Shown: positions 29,630-41,037 of the stretch, piece by piece
How positions within the stretch are numbered: position 1 is the first letter of the stretch
Layout: each line of letters opens with the position of its first letter
Source of the DNA: Candidatus Baldrarchaeum yapensis
GTDB taxonomy: Archaea; Asgardarchaeota; Baldrarchaeia; Baldrarchaeales; Baldrarchaeaceae
DNA length: 64,000 bases
Assembly (NCBI GenBank): GCA_016840465.1
Contig: JAEOSH010000002.1
Location: 36,782-100,781, forward strand
Direction of reading: 5' to 3'
Notes under the pieces: model-generated
Databases searched by the model: none
What the model saw: only the letters and a program-made list of their open reading frames with translations
Told to the model about the DNA's origin: nothing
Made by a program: the position numbers and the translations under genes

Positions 29630-32080
29630 CTAAATTTTCAGATATACTGTGTATTCTTTGCCGCCCACTTGAAAGCTTTCCGAGATCATTCCCTCAGTGG
29701 TTGGTGGTGTTCCGAAATTTATACTTCTTGCCTTATGCATTTCCTTTAAGTCCTTTTCGAAGGGCTTGAGGTCTTTCGGCAACCATAACTCGCTTATTGA
29801 GGCTCTCAATGATATCTTCTTTGATTTTTTCAGTTTCCAGACACAACTGTTTGCTTTCAGAAGTATCGGCGTTACATTTGTTAAATCGGTCTCCCACTCC
29901 TTTGTCGGCTCAGGAAATCTCTCCAAATGAATGCTCTTGTTAGGAGAGTAGAGAGTGCGGTATATCTTTTCCGTAATGAAGGGAGTTATCGGAGCGAGCA
30001 ATTTCAATATCGTCTTTAGAGCTGTGTGAAGTGCATACCATGCGCCCCTTTGCTCTTCCTCCGAGAATGTTCCGTCTCTATTATAGGCACGTGATTTTAC
30101 GAGTTCTATGTAATGTGATGCAAATGTCTCCCATACGAATGAACGTATGACGTTTGCAGGTATTTGGAAGTTAAGGGCTTCATACCCCTTCTTTGCCTCT
30201 TTTATCAATTTGTTCAGTTCTCCGAGGATCCATCTATCGGCGGGGAGTAATGTGAATCTCTCCTCAGGTATAGGGAACGCTGAGATGAAACGGGCAATGT
30301 TCCAGAGTTTTACCAAGAATTTAAACGCTCCTTGGAGTCTTTGTTCCGAGAATCTAATATCAGATCCGAGACCAGCCTCCATACTAGACCATAGCCTCAT
30401 AGCGTCCGCGCCATATTTCTCTATCAGGGGACGCGGCCATATTATGTTGCCTTTTGACTTAGACATTTTTTCGCCTTTTTCGTCGAGTACCATGCCGCTT
30501 ATCCATACTTCTCTAAAGGCGGGCGCCTTGAGTAATAGATATGACCTAAGAATTGTGTAATACAGCCATGTCCGGACAATATCCTTTCCCTGAGGGCGTA
30601 AAGAGCACGGAAATGTTCTTTCAAAGAATTTCTGATCTCTCAGATACCTTAGTATTTGTAAATTGCTGATTCCTGAATCAAACCACGTGTCAAATGTTCT
30701 CTCTTCTCCACGGAATCCTTTTTTCGACCCACAGTGGGGACACTTATCAAAGGGCGGGGGTTCCCTCCATGGCTGATAATACTTTCCCGGTGGAGGCACT
30801 ACTGCTTTTCCGCATTCCAAGCAGTACCATAATGGTATCTCCGTTCCGTAGTACCTACGTCTACTGATGGGCCAATCGGTTGTCACAGCATTTATCCAAT
30901 TTAGTAATAATTGTTTGCTCTCGGGAGGGAAGAATTTGATCTCATCTACGATCTTCTTTAATTCGGGGAGAAATTCTACCTGCTTGAGATAGTATTCCGG
31001 CATTATTATGAACTCTATTGGATCCTTGGATCGCCAACATATCGGAATTCTATGGATTATTTTTTCTTTCTTTACTACGAGCCCCAGTTTCTCGAGATCC
31101 TTTATTATCTCTTCTCGAGCGCGTTTTACGGGCAGGCCCTTGTACTTGCCCGCAACTTCCGTCATTGTGCCATCGGGGCTTATTGCCGTTATAGGTTTCA
31201 ACTTCAGCTCCCGATAAAGGCGTACATCTGTGTAGTCACCGAATGAGCATACCATCATGGCACCTGTTCCAAATTTAGGGTTTGCCTCCTTATGTGGTAT
31301 TATCGGAACTTCTAAGTTGTATATCGGCACTATTGCAGTTTTCCCATGGAGTTGCTTGTATCTATCGTCATCGGGATGTACTATCACACATCCACAGGCG
31401 CAAAGCAACTCGGGGCGTGTCGTAGCAATAATTAAGTCCTGCCCTGTCTCTTTCACCTTGAATTTTATATAGACGAGAAGGGTTTCTTCTTCAGCGTACT
31501 CGACCTCGGCGTCTGCAATTGTTGTCCGGCAGGTAGGACACCAGTTGTTGGGCCTGACGGCTTCGTATATCAGTCCTTTTTTCCAGTATTCTATAAATGT
31601 CGCTTGTGTTATTCTTCTATATTCAGGACTGTCAGTTCTATAAATGTCCTTATCGTCGAAGGAGTTGCAACTAAGGCCCATTCTTCTGGCGATCCAAATT
31701 ATGTCTTTTTCATACTCGTCCAGTAATTTCTTACATAGTTCTATGAACTTTTCGCGGGGCACCTCGAAAAACCTAACATTAAACATTTTCTCTGCTTCTA
31801 CCTCTATAGGTAAACCGTTTCTGTCAATCCCAAATGGAAATAAGACTTCATATCCTTGCATGCGCCTAAATCTTGCGATCATGTCTATTTGACCGTAATG
31901 TATTGCACCTCCGAGGTGCCATTTTCCACTTGCATAGGGTGGCGGTGTGTCTATGGAGTATATAGGTTTGTTTGTGTTCTCATTGAACTTGTATGTTTGT
32001 TCTTTTTCCCAAAGTTCTAGTATCTCCTCCTCTATCGAGGGATCCCACCTAGTCTCTCCTAATTTTGGCTTAAACTCCAT
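29630..32080 (-). CDS. valS: Valyl-tRNA synthetase (class I aaRS)
   Basis: HIGH-region variant PPYASGKWHLGGAIHY, KMSKSKGN, 816 aa, editing-domain-sized insertion. The Val/Ile/Leu subfamily call rests on size and motif resemblance. Confidence 0.7.
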   Translation of the reverse strand: MEFKPKLGETRWDPSIEEEILELWEKEQTYKFNENTNKPIYSIDTPPPYASGKWHLGGAIHYGQIDMIARFRRMQGYEVLFPFGIDRNGLPIEVEAEKMFNVRFFEVPREKFIELCKKLLDEYEKDIIWIARRMGLSCNSFDDKDIYRTDSPEYRRITQATFIEYWKKGLIYEAVRPNNWCPTCRTTIADAEVEYAEEETLLVYIKFKVKETGQDLIIATTRPELLCACGCVIVHPDDDRYKQLHGKTAIVPIYNLEVPIIPHKEANPKFGTGAMMVCSFGDYTDVRLYRELKLKPITAISPDGTMTEVAGKYKGLPVKRAREEIIKDLEKLGLVVKKEKIIHRIPICWRSKDPIEFIIMPEYYLKQVEFLPELKKIVDEIKFFPPESKQLLLNWINAVTTDWPISRRRYYGTEIPLWYCLECGKAVVPPPGKYYQPWREPPPFDKCPHCGSKKGFRGEERTFDTWFDSGISNLQILRYLRDQKFFERTFPCSLRPQGKDIVRTWLYYTILRSYLLLKAPAFREVWISGMVLDEKGEKMSKSKGNIIWPRPLIEKYGADAMRLWSSMEAGLGSDIRFSEQRLQGAFKFLVKLWNIARFISAFPIPEERFTLLPADRWILGELNKLIKEAKKGYEALNFQIPANVIRSFVWETFASHYIELVKSRAYNRDGTFSEEEQRGAWYALHTALKTILKLLAPITPFITEKIYRTLYSPNKSIHLERFPEPTKEWETDLTNVTPILLKANSCVWKLKKSKKISLRASISELWLPKDLKPFEKDLKEMHKARSINFGTPPTTEGMISESFQVGGKEYTVYLKI

Positions 32081-32342
32081 ACAAAATCACCTCTCCACGT
32101 ATCAATCCATGGAGAAACAGACTGCAATCGCAATCTTTGCCTATATGGAGAAGTAGACTGTTTTTCTCGCGTTGCTACGATCTTGTTAGCAGTTGACTTT
32201 ACAACACCTCCAACTCACATCGGGAACCTCCGTTATTAGGAGGATGTATAAGGTAGATCTTTAAATAATTTTTTACCCTTGATGTTCGGGCATGCATACA
32301 TATCCAAGGAGCAATGTAACAGGAGAGAGTCAGGTGTGATGC

Positions 32343-33065
32343 ATGAAGAGGGTAGTGATAAAGATAGGCGGTTCTATAATCTTCCGGTCAGATGGAACCT
32401 TGAATGATGATCTGATGAGGAAGTACGCGATCGTAATTAGAGATTTATTAAAGGACGATATCTTGCCCTCTATTGTGACCGGTGGTGGCATTATGAGTAA
32501 AAAATACGTAAAATGGGCTAAAAACTTCGGCGCTAACGATGCATTATGTGATATGCTTGGAATAACGCTATCTCGCGCAAACGCCTTACTACTGATATCT
32601 GCTCTTGGAGATATTGCATACCCAACCGTTCCAACATCCTTAGAAGAAGCATTGAAGGCTATAGCATCGGGGAAGGTCGTAGTAATGGGAGGACTTCAAC
32701 CAGGGCAATCAACAAACGCCGTAGCAGCACTTTTAGCGGAAAGTATTGGTGCTGAAATGCTGATAATCGCTACAGACGTAGATGGAATTTACAGTGCTCC
32801 GCCTGAGATGTCCGATGCAAAATTGCTTAAAAGGATTTCGCCAGGCGGGTTGCTGTCGTTAATACTCAAGCATTCGAGTTTTGAAGCGGGAAAGTACCAG
32901 TTGTTTGACCCACTTGCTGTTCTAATTATACAGAGAGCCGGAATAGTTGTGAGAGTAATCAACGGAATTGATCCCGAGAATGTAGTCAGAGTTCTTAGGG
33001 GCGAGGACATTGGTACGTTAGTACTGCCTGAAGACAAGCGATATGGTGCGGGGGGTGGGATTTGA
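32343..33065 (+). CDS. pyrH: Uridylate kinase (archaeal type)
   Basis: VVIKIGGS...IVTGGG amino-acid-kinase fold, about 230 aa. The last 22 nt overlap tRNA-Leu on the opposite strand. Confidence 0.75.
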   Translation: MKRVVIKIGGSIIFRSDGTLNDDLMRKYAIVIRDLLKDDILPSIVTGGGIMSKKYVKWAKNFGANDALCDMLGITLSRANALLLISALGDIAYPTVPTSLEEALKAIASGKVVVMGGLQPGQSTNAVAALLAESIGAEMLIIATDVDGIYSAPPEMSDAKLLKRISPGGLLSLILKHSSFEAGKYQLFDPLAVLIIQRAGIVVRVINGIDPENVVRVLRGEDIGTLVLPEDKRYGAGGGI

Positions 33066-33159
33066 ACCCACGTAGGCCTACGCCAGCGGATCTTGAGTCT
33101 CGACCGGGGGTCACGTATAGCCCCGACCGCCGCCTTTGACCGGGCTCGGCCACCCCCGC
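33044..33159 (-). tRNA. tRNA-Leu (anticodon CAA) with 28-nt intron at non-canonical position 30/31
   Basis: Mature arm GCGGA-CUCAAGA-UCCGC only forms after removing UCGGGGCUAUACGUGACCCCCGGUCGAG (plus-strand 33099-33126). BHB: CGGC-[GGU]-CGGGG...CCCCG-GUCG-[AGA]. Type II variable arm, discriminator A, CCA encoded. Confidence 0.75.
33099..33126 (-). other. tRNA-Leu intron (28 nt, BHB, position 30/31)
   Basis: See tRNA-Leu. Central helix CGGC:GUCG (one G-U), 3-nt bulges GGU and AGA, inner hairpin CGGGG:CCCCG. Confidence 0.65.
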
Positions 33160-33218
33160 ACTGCGAATGTATCTTATTATCACGGGTTAAATTAAGTTTT
33201 CTCTTGTGAAGGTGGGAT

Positions 33219-34435
<1,217 letters not shown>

Positions 34436-34439
<4 letters not shown>

Positions 34440-34984
34440 TCATCCTTTTGTTTGTTTATTCTTTTCTTCCACGCAACTTTCCTTTTTAATTCTCCCCCAC
34501 ATTCTGGGCAGATATTACCTGAATAATCGGAAGGATATTGTCTTTTGCAGAACGGGCAATACAATCTCCATTGGATTTCCTCTTTTATTCCCGAGTAAGC
34601 TACTGGGGTGAAATCTACAGAGAGTCTTCTTGCAACGTTCTGGATCGCGTAATCATCAGATACTATTATTGGTTCCACGTTTCTCTCTCGCTTAAGTTTA
34701 AGAGCTAGTGCTAATAATTTTATATCCGTCGCATCTAATTTCCATAAATCACCAGTGTTGCGTGCTTCACGCTTTACTATCTCCACGTATTCGTCCTCAG
34801 GTGAGAGAACCTTAACCTTTCCGGATAATATGCTTACGTCTAAGACAAACTTTGCCCTTCTTGTTTTCACCTCATCAAGTACCTCTGGAACAGTGTATTG
34901 CTCAAAATCGGCAAATTGTGGATTAAATCCTCCGATAAAAGATGATGCGTCGAGAACCAACACTTTATGCCTTTTACTTGACAT
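34436..34984 (-). CDS. nob1: Nob1 endonuclease (PIN domain + zinc ribbon), pre-16S rRNA D-site nuclease
   Basis: N-terminal PIN (VLDASSFIGG); C-terminal CPFCKRQY...CPECGG. Confidence 0.75.
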
Positions 34985-35798
34985 TTACAGTACCACGCTT
35001 CAGCAAGCTAAGTATTTCTTCAATAAGCTGTGGAGTCGAGGCTGCAATAACAGACACTTTCTCTGACAGGTCTATCTTGTAATTCATCGGGCTTCCATTG
35101 CCATTTCTAATAATAGCGCCACTTTCCTCAACTATCAGTTTTGCCGCTGCAATATCGGTGACTTTTAATGCTCCCCGAACATCCACTAGTGCATCATACG
35201 CCCCGCAACCAACATAACACAATTCGAGTGCTACAGCTCCGAGTAACCTTATTTTCTTAACGGCACTTATAAGACTCATAATTGTTGATTTGTCAGTATT
35301 ATACGCGTAGAGGCATATCATTGCATCTTTCAATGACTTCACATGGGAAGGTTTCATTTTATCCCCATTCCAGTACGCTCCCTGACCTTTTATCGCCTCA
35401 AATACGTCTCCGCTCACCAGGTCTCTCACGAAACCGTAGATGATATTATCTAGTGTATTTCCAGTCGCTATTGCTGCTGAAAAACAATAAAACGCGATAC
35501 CTCTGGAGGCGTTTGACGATCCGTCGAGCGGATCTATTAGAATCGTAAAATTCGGTTTCTTTCCTATGATGATTTCGCCGCTCTCTTCACTTAATATTCT
35601 AACATCCTTAAAATATTCTCTGATGAACGATAATGTTGTATCTTCCGCAATTTTGTCTATAAACTTTGTATATTCGCCCGCAGGATTTCTCCCAACTATC
35701 TTTCTCCCTTCGGGCCGTCCTCGCAGTTTTTTGGTACTTTTGATAACCTCATTCGATAACTCCACAAACATTTCACTTATTTTTTCCAAATCCAACAT
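34974..35798 (-). CDS. suhB: Inositol monophosphatase / fructose-1,6-bisphosphatase family protein
   Basis: ILIDPLDGSSNASRGIAFY metal-binding motif. Confidence 0.75.
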   Translation of the reverse strand: MLDLEKISEMFVELSNEVIKSTKKLRGRPEGRKIVGRNPAGEYTKFIDKIAEDTTLSFIREYFKDVRILSEESGEIIIGKKPNFTILIDPLDGSSNASRGIAFYCFSAAIATGNTLDNIIYGFVRDLVSGDVFEAIKGQGAYWNGDKMKPSHVKSLKDAMICLYAYNTDKSTIMSLISAVKKIRLLGAVALELCYVGCGAYDALVDVRGALKVTDIAAAKLIVEESGAIIRNGNGSPMNYKIDLSEKVSVIAASTPQLIEEILSLLKRGTVNVK

Positions 35799-36507
35799 AC
35801 AGATCGCCGTGTGTTCTTCGTAATGAAATTATACGCGCCTTACATTCATGTCTCTCGGACGAGTTAATAACGTTTTTCAGGATAACATAACCTGCGAGAT
35901 CCAGTACTTTTTTCGCTTTGTCTATGAGAACAGTGTCGCTTGTTGCGACTACGTCTCCTGATTCCAAAATTTCCCTATCAGGACTTTTTGAAGTCTTTGC
36001 TGTTCCTCTTATAGAATACTCCATCAGCATTTTTCTCATCATAGCTGCAAGTTCGCCACTTCTGCTTATAGGTTCGTCTAGTATTATTGTTGCCGTTTTC
36101 GGTTGTAGTTCTTTTATTGCTAGGATCATGAGCAGAAGCGCTCTTTTTGTTGCCTCAGAAATTCTGTACTTTCGAAATACACCTGCAATGTCGCGTATAA
36201 AACCGTCATCGCATAAGAGGAGGAGCCTGCCGAGCAAAAAGCTTTCTATGGTTATTAAGACATTATATCCGTCTACTGATAACGTGTACCTTGGTAGTGT
36301 GGATGGAGAGACCTTTTTTATAATCCTCATTCGCGCTATTCTGAACGGAAAAACTGCACGTAAGAGTATATAACGCTCATTTTCGGATAGACGATAATGT
36401 TCACTTACTATTCTTAAAGCTACATGTTGCTTATATCCTCTATGCAATAAATATCTATAATCTTTTGCAGCCTCAATAAGTCTTGCGGGTGAAAAAATTT
36501 CAGACAC
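35773..36507 (-). CDS. Conserved hypothetical protein with NYN/YacP-like (PIN-related) nuclease domain
   Basis: TLSVDGYNVLITIESF...TATIILDEP. The ORF-track N-terminus (poly K/R) is an alternate-frame reading of the L12 acidic tail. Probable start is GTG near 36507 or an internal Met. Confidence 0.4.
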   Translation of the reverse strand: MSEIFSPARLIEAAKDYRYLLHRGYKQHVALRIVSEHYRLSENERYILLRAVFPFRIARMRIIKKVSPSTLPRYTLSVDGYNVLITIESFLLGRLLLLCDDGFIRDIAGVFRKYRISEATKRALLLMILAIKELQPKTATIILDEPISRSGELAAMMRKMLMEYSIRGTAKTSKSPDREILESGDVVATSDTVLIDKAKKVLDLAGYVILKNVINSSERHECKARIISLRRTHGDLYVGFGKNK

Positions 36508-36547
36508 CAGTAAATCACCAAGATGAGTGGGAAAGATGAAAAATACC

Positions 36548-36865
36548 TTAACCGAATAGCGCTCCAAGCCCTGTAATCTCTTCCTCTTCCTTCTTCTCTT
36601 CTTTTTCCTTCTTTTCCTCTTCTGCCTTTGCCGGAGCTTTTTCTTCTTCAGCAGGAGCAGAAGGCGCAGTAGATGCGATGGGAGCGACAAAAGATGCGCT
36701 CTTTATGGCCTCTTCTATGTTTATCTCACCTATTGCTGCGACGAAGGCCTTTATCCTAGCAGCATCCGCCGATATGCCTGCGGCTTCGAGGACCTTTCTG
36801 AGGTTTTCTTCATTTATTTCCTTTCCGGCCCGATGCAATAGCAGTGTTGCATACACATATTCCAT
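36548..36865 (-). CDS. rpl12: Ribosomal stalk protein L12 (P1)
   Basis: [22 protein letters not shown]...[12 protein letters not shown]. Confidence 0.85.
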   Translation of the reverse strand: MEYVYATLLLHRAGKEINEENLRKVLEAAGISADAARIKAFVAAIGEINIEEAIKSASFVAPIASTAPSAPAEEEKAPAKAEEEKKEKEEKKEEEEITGLGALFG

Positions 36866-36886
36866 TGCATGCACACCTCCTTAACA

Positions 36887-37927
36887 TTAACCAAACAATG
36901 CACCTAACCCTGTTATTTCTTCTTCCTCTTTCTTTTCCTCTTCCTCTTTGACTTCTTCCTCCTTTATTTCTTTTTCTCTTTTAACCTCTTCGACCGGGGA
37001 AGGTGCCTCTACCGCAATCTCCTCAGGTATCAACTCGGGGTTGCGTTCCTTTATTTTCAGTGCGAGTGATCTAGCCTCCATATCGGCTTTTGCAAAGAGT
37101 TGTTGCAGAACCTCCGGAACCGGTAGGGCTACCGATAATGCAAGACTGTAAGCTTCCATATGGGCCTTCTGGAGAAGTGCAGGCATGATTTCACTGATCG
37201 GCAGTGCTGCGTTCAAAGCCAAGTTTAGGGCTTCTTGTTCAGCTTGAGAAATCATTTCTTTGAACTTATCGATATTAGGGAGAAGATCTTCGCCCTTTAG
37301 TATTATCCCGTCATCATATGCTGCATGCATGGTCAATCCTACGGTTATTGGTTCGATTCCCAGTCTTGAGAGAATTATGGCAACTTTTCTAGAAATCCTC
37401 TCTCCTGCTTTTACAACTACAGTGTCTTTGGTGACCCATATGGTTCCTGATTCCACCCTAGTGGGTATCCCTAGTTCACTGAGTTCGCTTATCACAGGTC
37501 CTGGGGGTATCCCCGTGTTTCCGGCTGGAACTATAATGTCATTCGGAGCAATTTGGCCTGCCTTCGCCGGCGCGCGCATCTTGTTCTTTTCTAGAAATAA
37601 ATTGAGTTTCACGGGATTCTCGTTTGTTAATATAAGTGCGGTTTGACCTCTTACTTCATCTGCAAGTTTCGATATTCCCTGTTTAAACTGTTCAGCCCTT
37701 CTTAAGGCTATCTTTATGAATGTGTTCTTCGATACTTTAATGATCGCCTTATCTCTGAGTGCAAACCTTAATTTTTGTAATTGAGCGGCACCTATTCCTT
37801 CGATCTTAGTAATACCTACAGCCTTGAACTTCTTAATTAGTTCCAACAACTCCCTTACCTTTTCTACTTTCCTCTTCGGAACTGGCCTGCCTTGCCGCGT
37901 TAATTCTACCTGTTGCATTCCTATCAC
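36887..37927 (-). CDS. rpl10: Ribosomal protein L10 (P0)
   Basis: 346 aa; C-terminal [15 protein letters not shown] identical to the L12 tail. Confidence 0.9.
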   Translation of the reverse strand: MIGMQQVELTRQGRPVPKRKVEKVRELLELIKKFKAVGITKIEGIGAAQLQKLRFALRDKAIIKVSKNTFIKIALRRAEQFKQGISKLADEVRGQTALILTNENPVKLNLFLEKNKMRAPAKAGQIAPNDIIVPAGNTGIPPGPVISELSELGIPTRVESGTIWVTKDTVVVKAGERISRKVAIILSRLGIEPITVGLTMHAAYDDGIILKGEDLLPNIDKFKEMISQAEQEALNLALNAALPISEIMPALLQKAHMEAYSLALSVALPVPEVLQQLFAKADMEARSLALKIKERNPELIPEEIAVEAPSPVEEVKREKEIKEEEVKEEEEKKEEEEITGLGALFG

Positions 37928-38580
37928 CTCAGCCTAACCTCCACTGTGGGACTCATCGTAAACTTCAAATGCACGGATTTGAGATGTTCACGCCCGCGCT
38001 CAAGTTTTTCTAGAACAAAATCCACCACAGCCTTGGCGTTTTCTGCTAGTTCCCTATCATCCATGTCCTCCGTTCCCACTTTAGTATTAATTATGGGATT
38101 ATTTCGCATTTTTATCTTCGTCATCCTCTGAAATCTTTCAACTATCGACTTAATGTCCGCCGTTGGTGGAATGGGAGTTGGCATTTTTCCACGTGGGCCA
38201 AGGAATCTACCTAAGATCCTACCGACAAGTGGCATAAGATCCGTTTGTGCAACGAAGAAATCAAATTGCTTAGCCAATTTCTTTATGGCTTTCTTATTAC
38301 CTTCTAAAGCCACCAAATCATCCCTTGTTATCACATGGGCATTTGTTTCTCTTTTTGCACGAAGCGCCAGATCTCCCTCTGCTATAACACAAACCTTTAT
38401 TGGCTTCTTTATCGGGTGGGGGAGTACCACGTTTGCAGTGATCCTGTTCTCTGGCTTATTTAGGTCTATTCCCTTAAATGACATGAGTATTTCAAGAGAT
38501 TGTTTAAATCTCCTCTTCTTATTCACTTCTCTTAGTTTCCTTATTGCCTCTAAGAAATTTTCAAGCGGTATGGACATCAA
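37924..38580 (-). CDS. rpl1: Ribosomal protein L1
   Basis: Typical L1 length and sequence; overlaps the L10 start. Confidence 0.9.
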   Translation of the reverse strand: MMSIPLENFLEAIRKLREVNKKRRFKQSLEILMSFKGIDLNKPENRITANVVLPHPIKKPIKVCVIAEGDLALRAKRETNAHVITRDDLVALEGNKKAIKKLAKQFDFFVAQTDLMPLVGRILGRFLGPRGKMPTPIPPTADIKSIVERFQRMTKIKMRNNPIINTKVGTEDMDDRELAENAKAVVDFVLEKLERGREHLKSVHLKFTMSPTVEVRLR

Positions 38581-39072
38581 TTATTCCTCCTTTAACAGAT
38601 GATCCCACAGTCCTTCATCAATTTCCTTTTGAACGACTTTCGGATGTTTGCCCTCAACAGTGACCCCCATACTAACACAGGTCCCAAGTATCGTCTTAAC
38701 AGCAGCTTTTAGACTGTACACGAACATATCCTTCATCTTCATCTTCGCTATTTTTATCACTTGTTCCATTTTAAGGTCTCCTATAATCTCGGACCCGGTG
38801 CGCCCACTACCCTTCTCCTTCTTTAGTTCCTTCAGTATGAGTGCACTTGCTGGCGGGGTACCTATCTCTACCCAGAACTCTTTAGTCTCTTTATCCACCG
38901 TCACTTTAACTGGAACTTTCATCCCAGCAAATTCCTTTGTTAGTTCATTTATCTTCTGAACAACCTGATACAGGTTGACCCCTGTTGGGCCGAGGGCGGG
39001 ACCGAGAGGAGGGCCTGCAGATGCCTTTCCTCCTTCCACTAATAACTCCACCGTTACCTTCTGGCCCATCAC
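38581..39072 (-). CDS. rpl11: Ribosomal protein L11
   Basis: [23 protein letters not shown]. Confidence 0.9.
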   Translation of the reverse strand: MMGQKVTVELLVEGGKASAGPPLGPALGPTGVNLYQVVQKINELTKEFAGMKVPVKVTVDKETKEFWVEIGTPPASALILKELKKEKGSGRTGSEIIGDLKMEQVIKIAKMKMKDMFVYSLKAAVKTILGTCVSMGVTVEGKHPKVVQKEIDEGLWDHLLKEE

Positions 39073-39560
39073 GTACCACCTCCACTTTCAGATCTGACGA
39101 CTTTGATTACATCTATATGGACCCTAAGTGGTATTGGGGACGCAGATGTCAAGAGTTCCACGACGGCCTCTTCCTTATCTGTATCAACCTTAATTACTCT
39201 AGCACGCTCGCCTCTAAATGGGCCGCTTGTTATTTCAACAATATCCCCAGATTTTATAGGTGTTATTGCTGTTTTTGGAACTAAAAATTGCTCTAATTGT
39301 TCGATCGGAATTTTTCCTATCGCGCGTCCTTTCACATGGGGAATGCCAAATGTTATTCTCCTTATTGTCTCCTTATTATCCGCCTCTATAAAAATAAATC
39401 CTCTAATCCCATCGGGAATCAAAATTGATGCTATGGGTTCTTTCCTCTCTCGTGCCCTTCTATAAATTATAGATGCAACTATTCGCTCCTGTCCAGCGGT
39501 CGTTCTGATCGCAAAAATTCCCATCTTTCTTCTCTCTTCGCTTTTACTCATGTCATACAC
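39069..39560 (-). CDS. spt5: Transcription elongation factor Spt5 (NusG; NGN + KOW)
   Basis: [18 protein letters not shown]...[22 protein letters not shown]. Confidence 0.85.
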   Translation of the reverse strand: MYDMSKSEERRKMGIFAIRTTAGQERIVASIIYRRARERKEPIASILIPDGIRGFIFIEADNKETIRRITFGIPHVKGRAIGKIPIEQLEQFLVPKTAITPIKSGDIVEITSGPFRGERARVIKVDTDKEEAVVELLTSASPIPLRVHIDVIKVVRSESGGGT

Positions 39561-39735
39561 CCGTTAAAAGAGCAAATAGTAGTCTGATCGCAAAGGCTAT
39601 TAGTCCTAAGATTATCAGCCCAAGTGCGGAGATCCTTAATCCTATTTTTAACTCTTCACCCGATGGCTTTTTAGCCATTCTCAATACACGCCTTAAGTCC
39701 TCAAAGAAGCTTTTTATCTTCATCATTATCATCAC
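39553..39735 (-). CDS. secE: Protein translocase subunit SecE (Sec61 gamma)
   Basis: 60 aa, single C-terminal TM; conserved position upstream of nusG. Confidence 0.75.
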   Translation of the reverse strand: MMIMMKIKSFFEDLRRVLRMAKKPSGEELKIGLRISALGLIILGLIAFAIRLLFALLTGV

Positions 39736-39767
39736 GCGCCAGAGGGAAGATCGATTTGCGTGTGAGC

Positions 39768-39780
39768 ATTCAGAATAAAT
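39768..39780 (-). promoter_or_regulatory. Candidate promoter element upstream of secE
   Basis: Sense TTTATTCTGAAT; the same 12-mer recurs upstream of ftsZ. Confidence 0.3.
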
Positions 39781-39859
39781 TCATTACGTCTGCTGTGCCA
39801 ACTCCCTTAAAAATTTATTTATTAGGAAATTTACGCGATGAAAAGAAACACCAAGGATG

Positions 39860-40954
39860 CTAAAAGCCTCCGGGCAACTCGACCTCGTGTGCGTTTAGAT
39901 GCTCCAGGAGTTTGACCATGTACGAGGAATCTATACCCGATGCTATTAACGTTATTCTCACAAATCTTTCAAGTGAGGGCTCTATAATAGCACCCCACTT
40001 TATTTCTGCCTCAGGATCTATCATCGACGATATCCTTTCTATGATTATCTGCACATCCTTAAGTGTCAGGTCCGGCCCACCTGTTATGTTTATAAGTGCA
40101 CCACGCGCACCACTTATGTCAACATCCAACAGGGGGTTGTATATTACTTTCTCGACGGCCTCCGTTGACCGGTTTTCTCCTTCACTTTCTCCGACTGAAA
40201 TTAGTGAGAGTCCTGCATCTTCCAATATTGTTCTCACATCGGCAAAATCAACATTTACAAGCCCTGGTTTGGTTACAAGTTCCGTAATTCCCTTTACTGC
40301 GCTTATCAATATCTCGTCTGCAAGGAGGAAAGCCTGAGAAATCGTGAGATCGGGATTTATGGACAATAATCTGTCATTTGGTATTGCAATAACCGTATCA
40401 CATATCTTTACCAATTTCTTCAATCCCGACATTGCATTTAACAAGCGCTTCTTGCCCTCTACTTTAAATGGCAGTGTGCAAACAGCCACTGTTAATGCTC
40501 CTTGATCCTTCGCAGCCCTCGCAACGATGGGTGAGGCTCCCGTTCCGGTTCCACCCCCTAGGCCACACGTTATAAACACAAGATCTGCACTTACGAGTTC
40601 TTTTATTCTGTCAAAGTCTTCTAAGGCTGCAGCTTCACCTATCGACGGGTCGTTCCCGGCGCCCAATCCGCCAGTTATCTCCTTACCTATTAGCAATTTT
40701 CTATCAGCCTTTGCTGATAAGAGGTCTTGAACATCTGTGTTTATAGCAAGCGTTTCCACACCATCTATTCCCAGTTCCTTTAACCTAGTTACAGTGTTGT
40801 TTCCAGCACCTCCCACTCCAGCCACTAATATCCTAGATCGCATACTCCTCAGTATTTTCTCAAGCTCCTCATCAGAGTACCATGACCTGCTTTCCACATC
40901 TCTGCGCTCATTGGTATCAAGTAAACCCTCCGCTATGTGATCCATTATGGTCAC
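39860..40954 (-). CDS. ftsZ: Cell division GTPase FtsZ
   Basis: GVGGAGNNTV and tubulin signature GLGGGTGTGASPIVA. GTG at 40954 or ATG at 40945. Confidence 0.85.
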   Translation of the reverse strand: MTIMDHIAEGLLDTNERRDVESRSWYSDEELEKILRSMRSRILVAGVGGAGNNTVTRLKELGIDGVETLAINTDVQDLLSAKADRKLLIGKEITGGLGAGNDPSIGEAAALEDFDRIKELVSADLVFITCGLGGGTGTGASPIVARAAKDQGALTVAVCTLPFKVEGKKRLLNAMSGLKKLVKICDTVIAIPNDRLLSINPDLTISQAFLLADEILISAVKGITELVTKPGLVNVDFADVRTILEDAGLSLISVGESEGENRSTEAVEKVIYNPLLDVDISGARGALINITGGPDLTLKDVQIIIERISSMIDPEAEIKWGAIIEPSLERFVRITLIASGIDSSYMVKLLEHLNAHEVELPGGF

Positions 40955-40962
40955 CCTCGAGA

Positions 40963-40977
40963 ATTCAGAATAAAAAG
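40963..40977 (-). promoter_or_regulatory. Candidate TATA/promoter element upstream of ftsZ
   Basis: Sense CTTTTTATTCTGAAT, about 25 nt upstream of ATG 40945 (leaderless-type spacing). Confidence 0.3.
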
Positions 40978-41037
40978 TAGGGCGCTTCTTTTACAACTGT
41001 GTACTCTTTTGGTGATACGATGATGAGGATCAAAATA

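Noticed and set aside
32081-32342. 262-nt intergenic region between valS and pyrH as a possible ncRNA (C/D or H/ACA sRNA)
   Set aside because: Only short hairpins (CCTCC-gttatta-GGAGG) and TATA-like A/T runs; no convincing box C/D (RUGAUGA...CUGA) pairs found by eye. Probably divergent promoters.
36508-36690. Highly basic N-terminus ([24 protein letters not shown]) of the 305-aa ORF
   Set aside because: Alternate-frame reading of the L12 acidic-tail codons (GAA/GAG-rich); the downstream gene more likely starts after the L12 stop.
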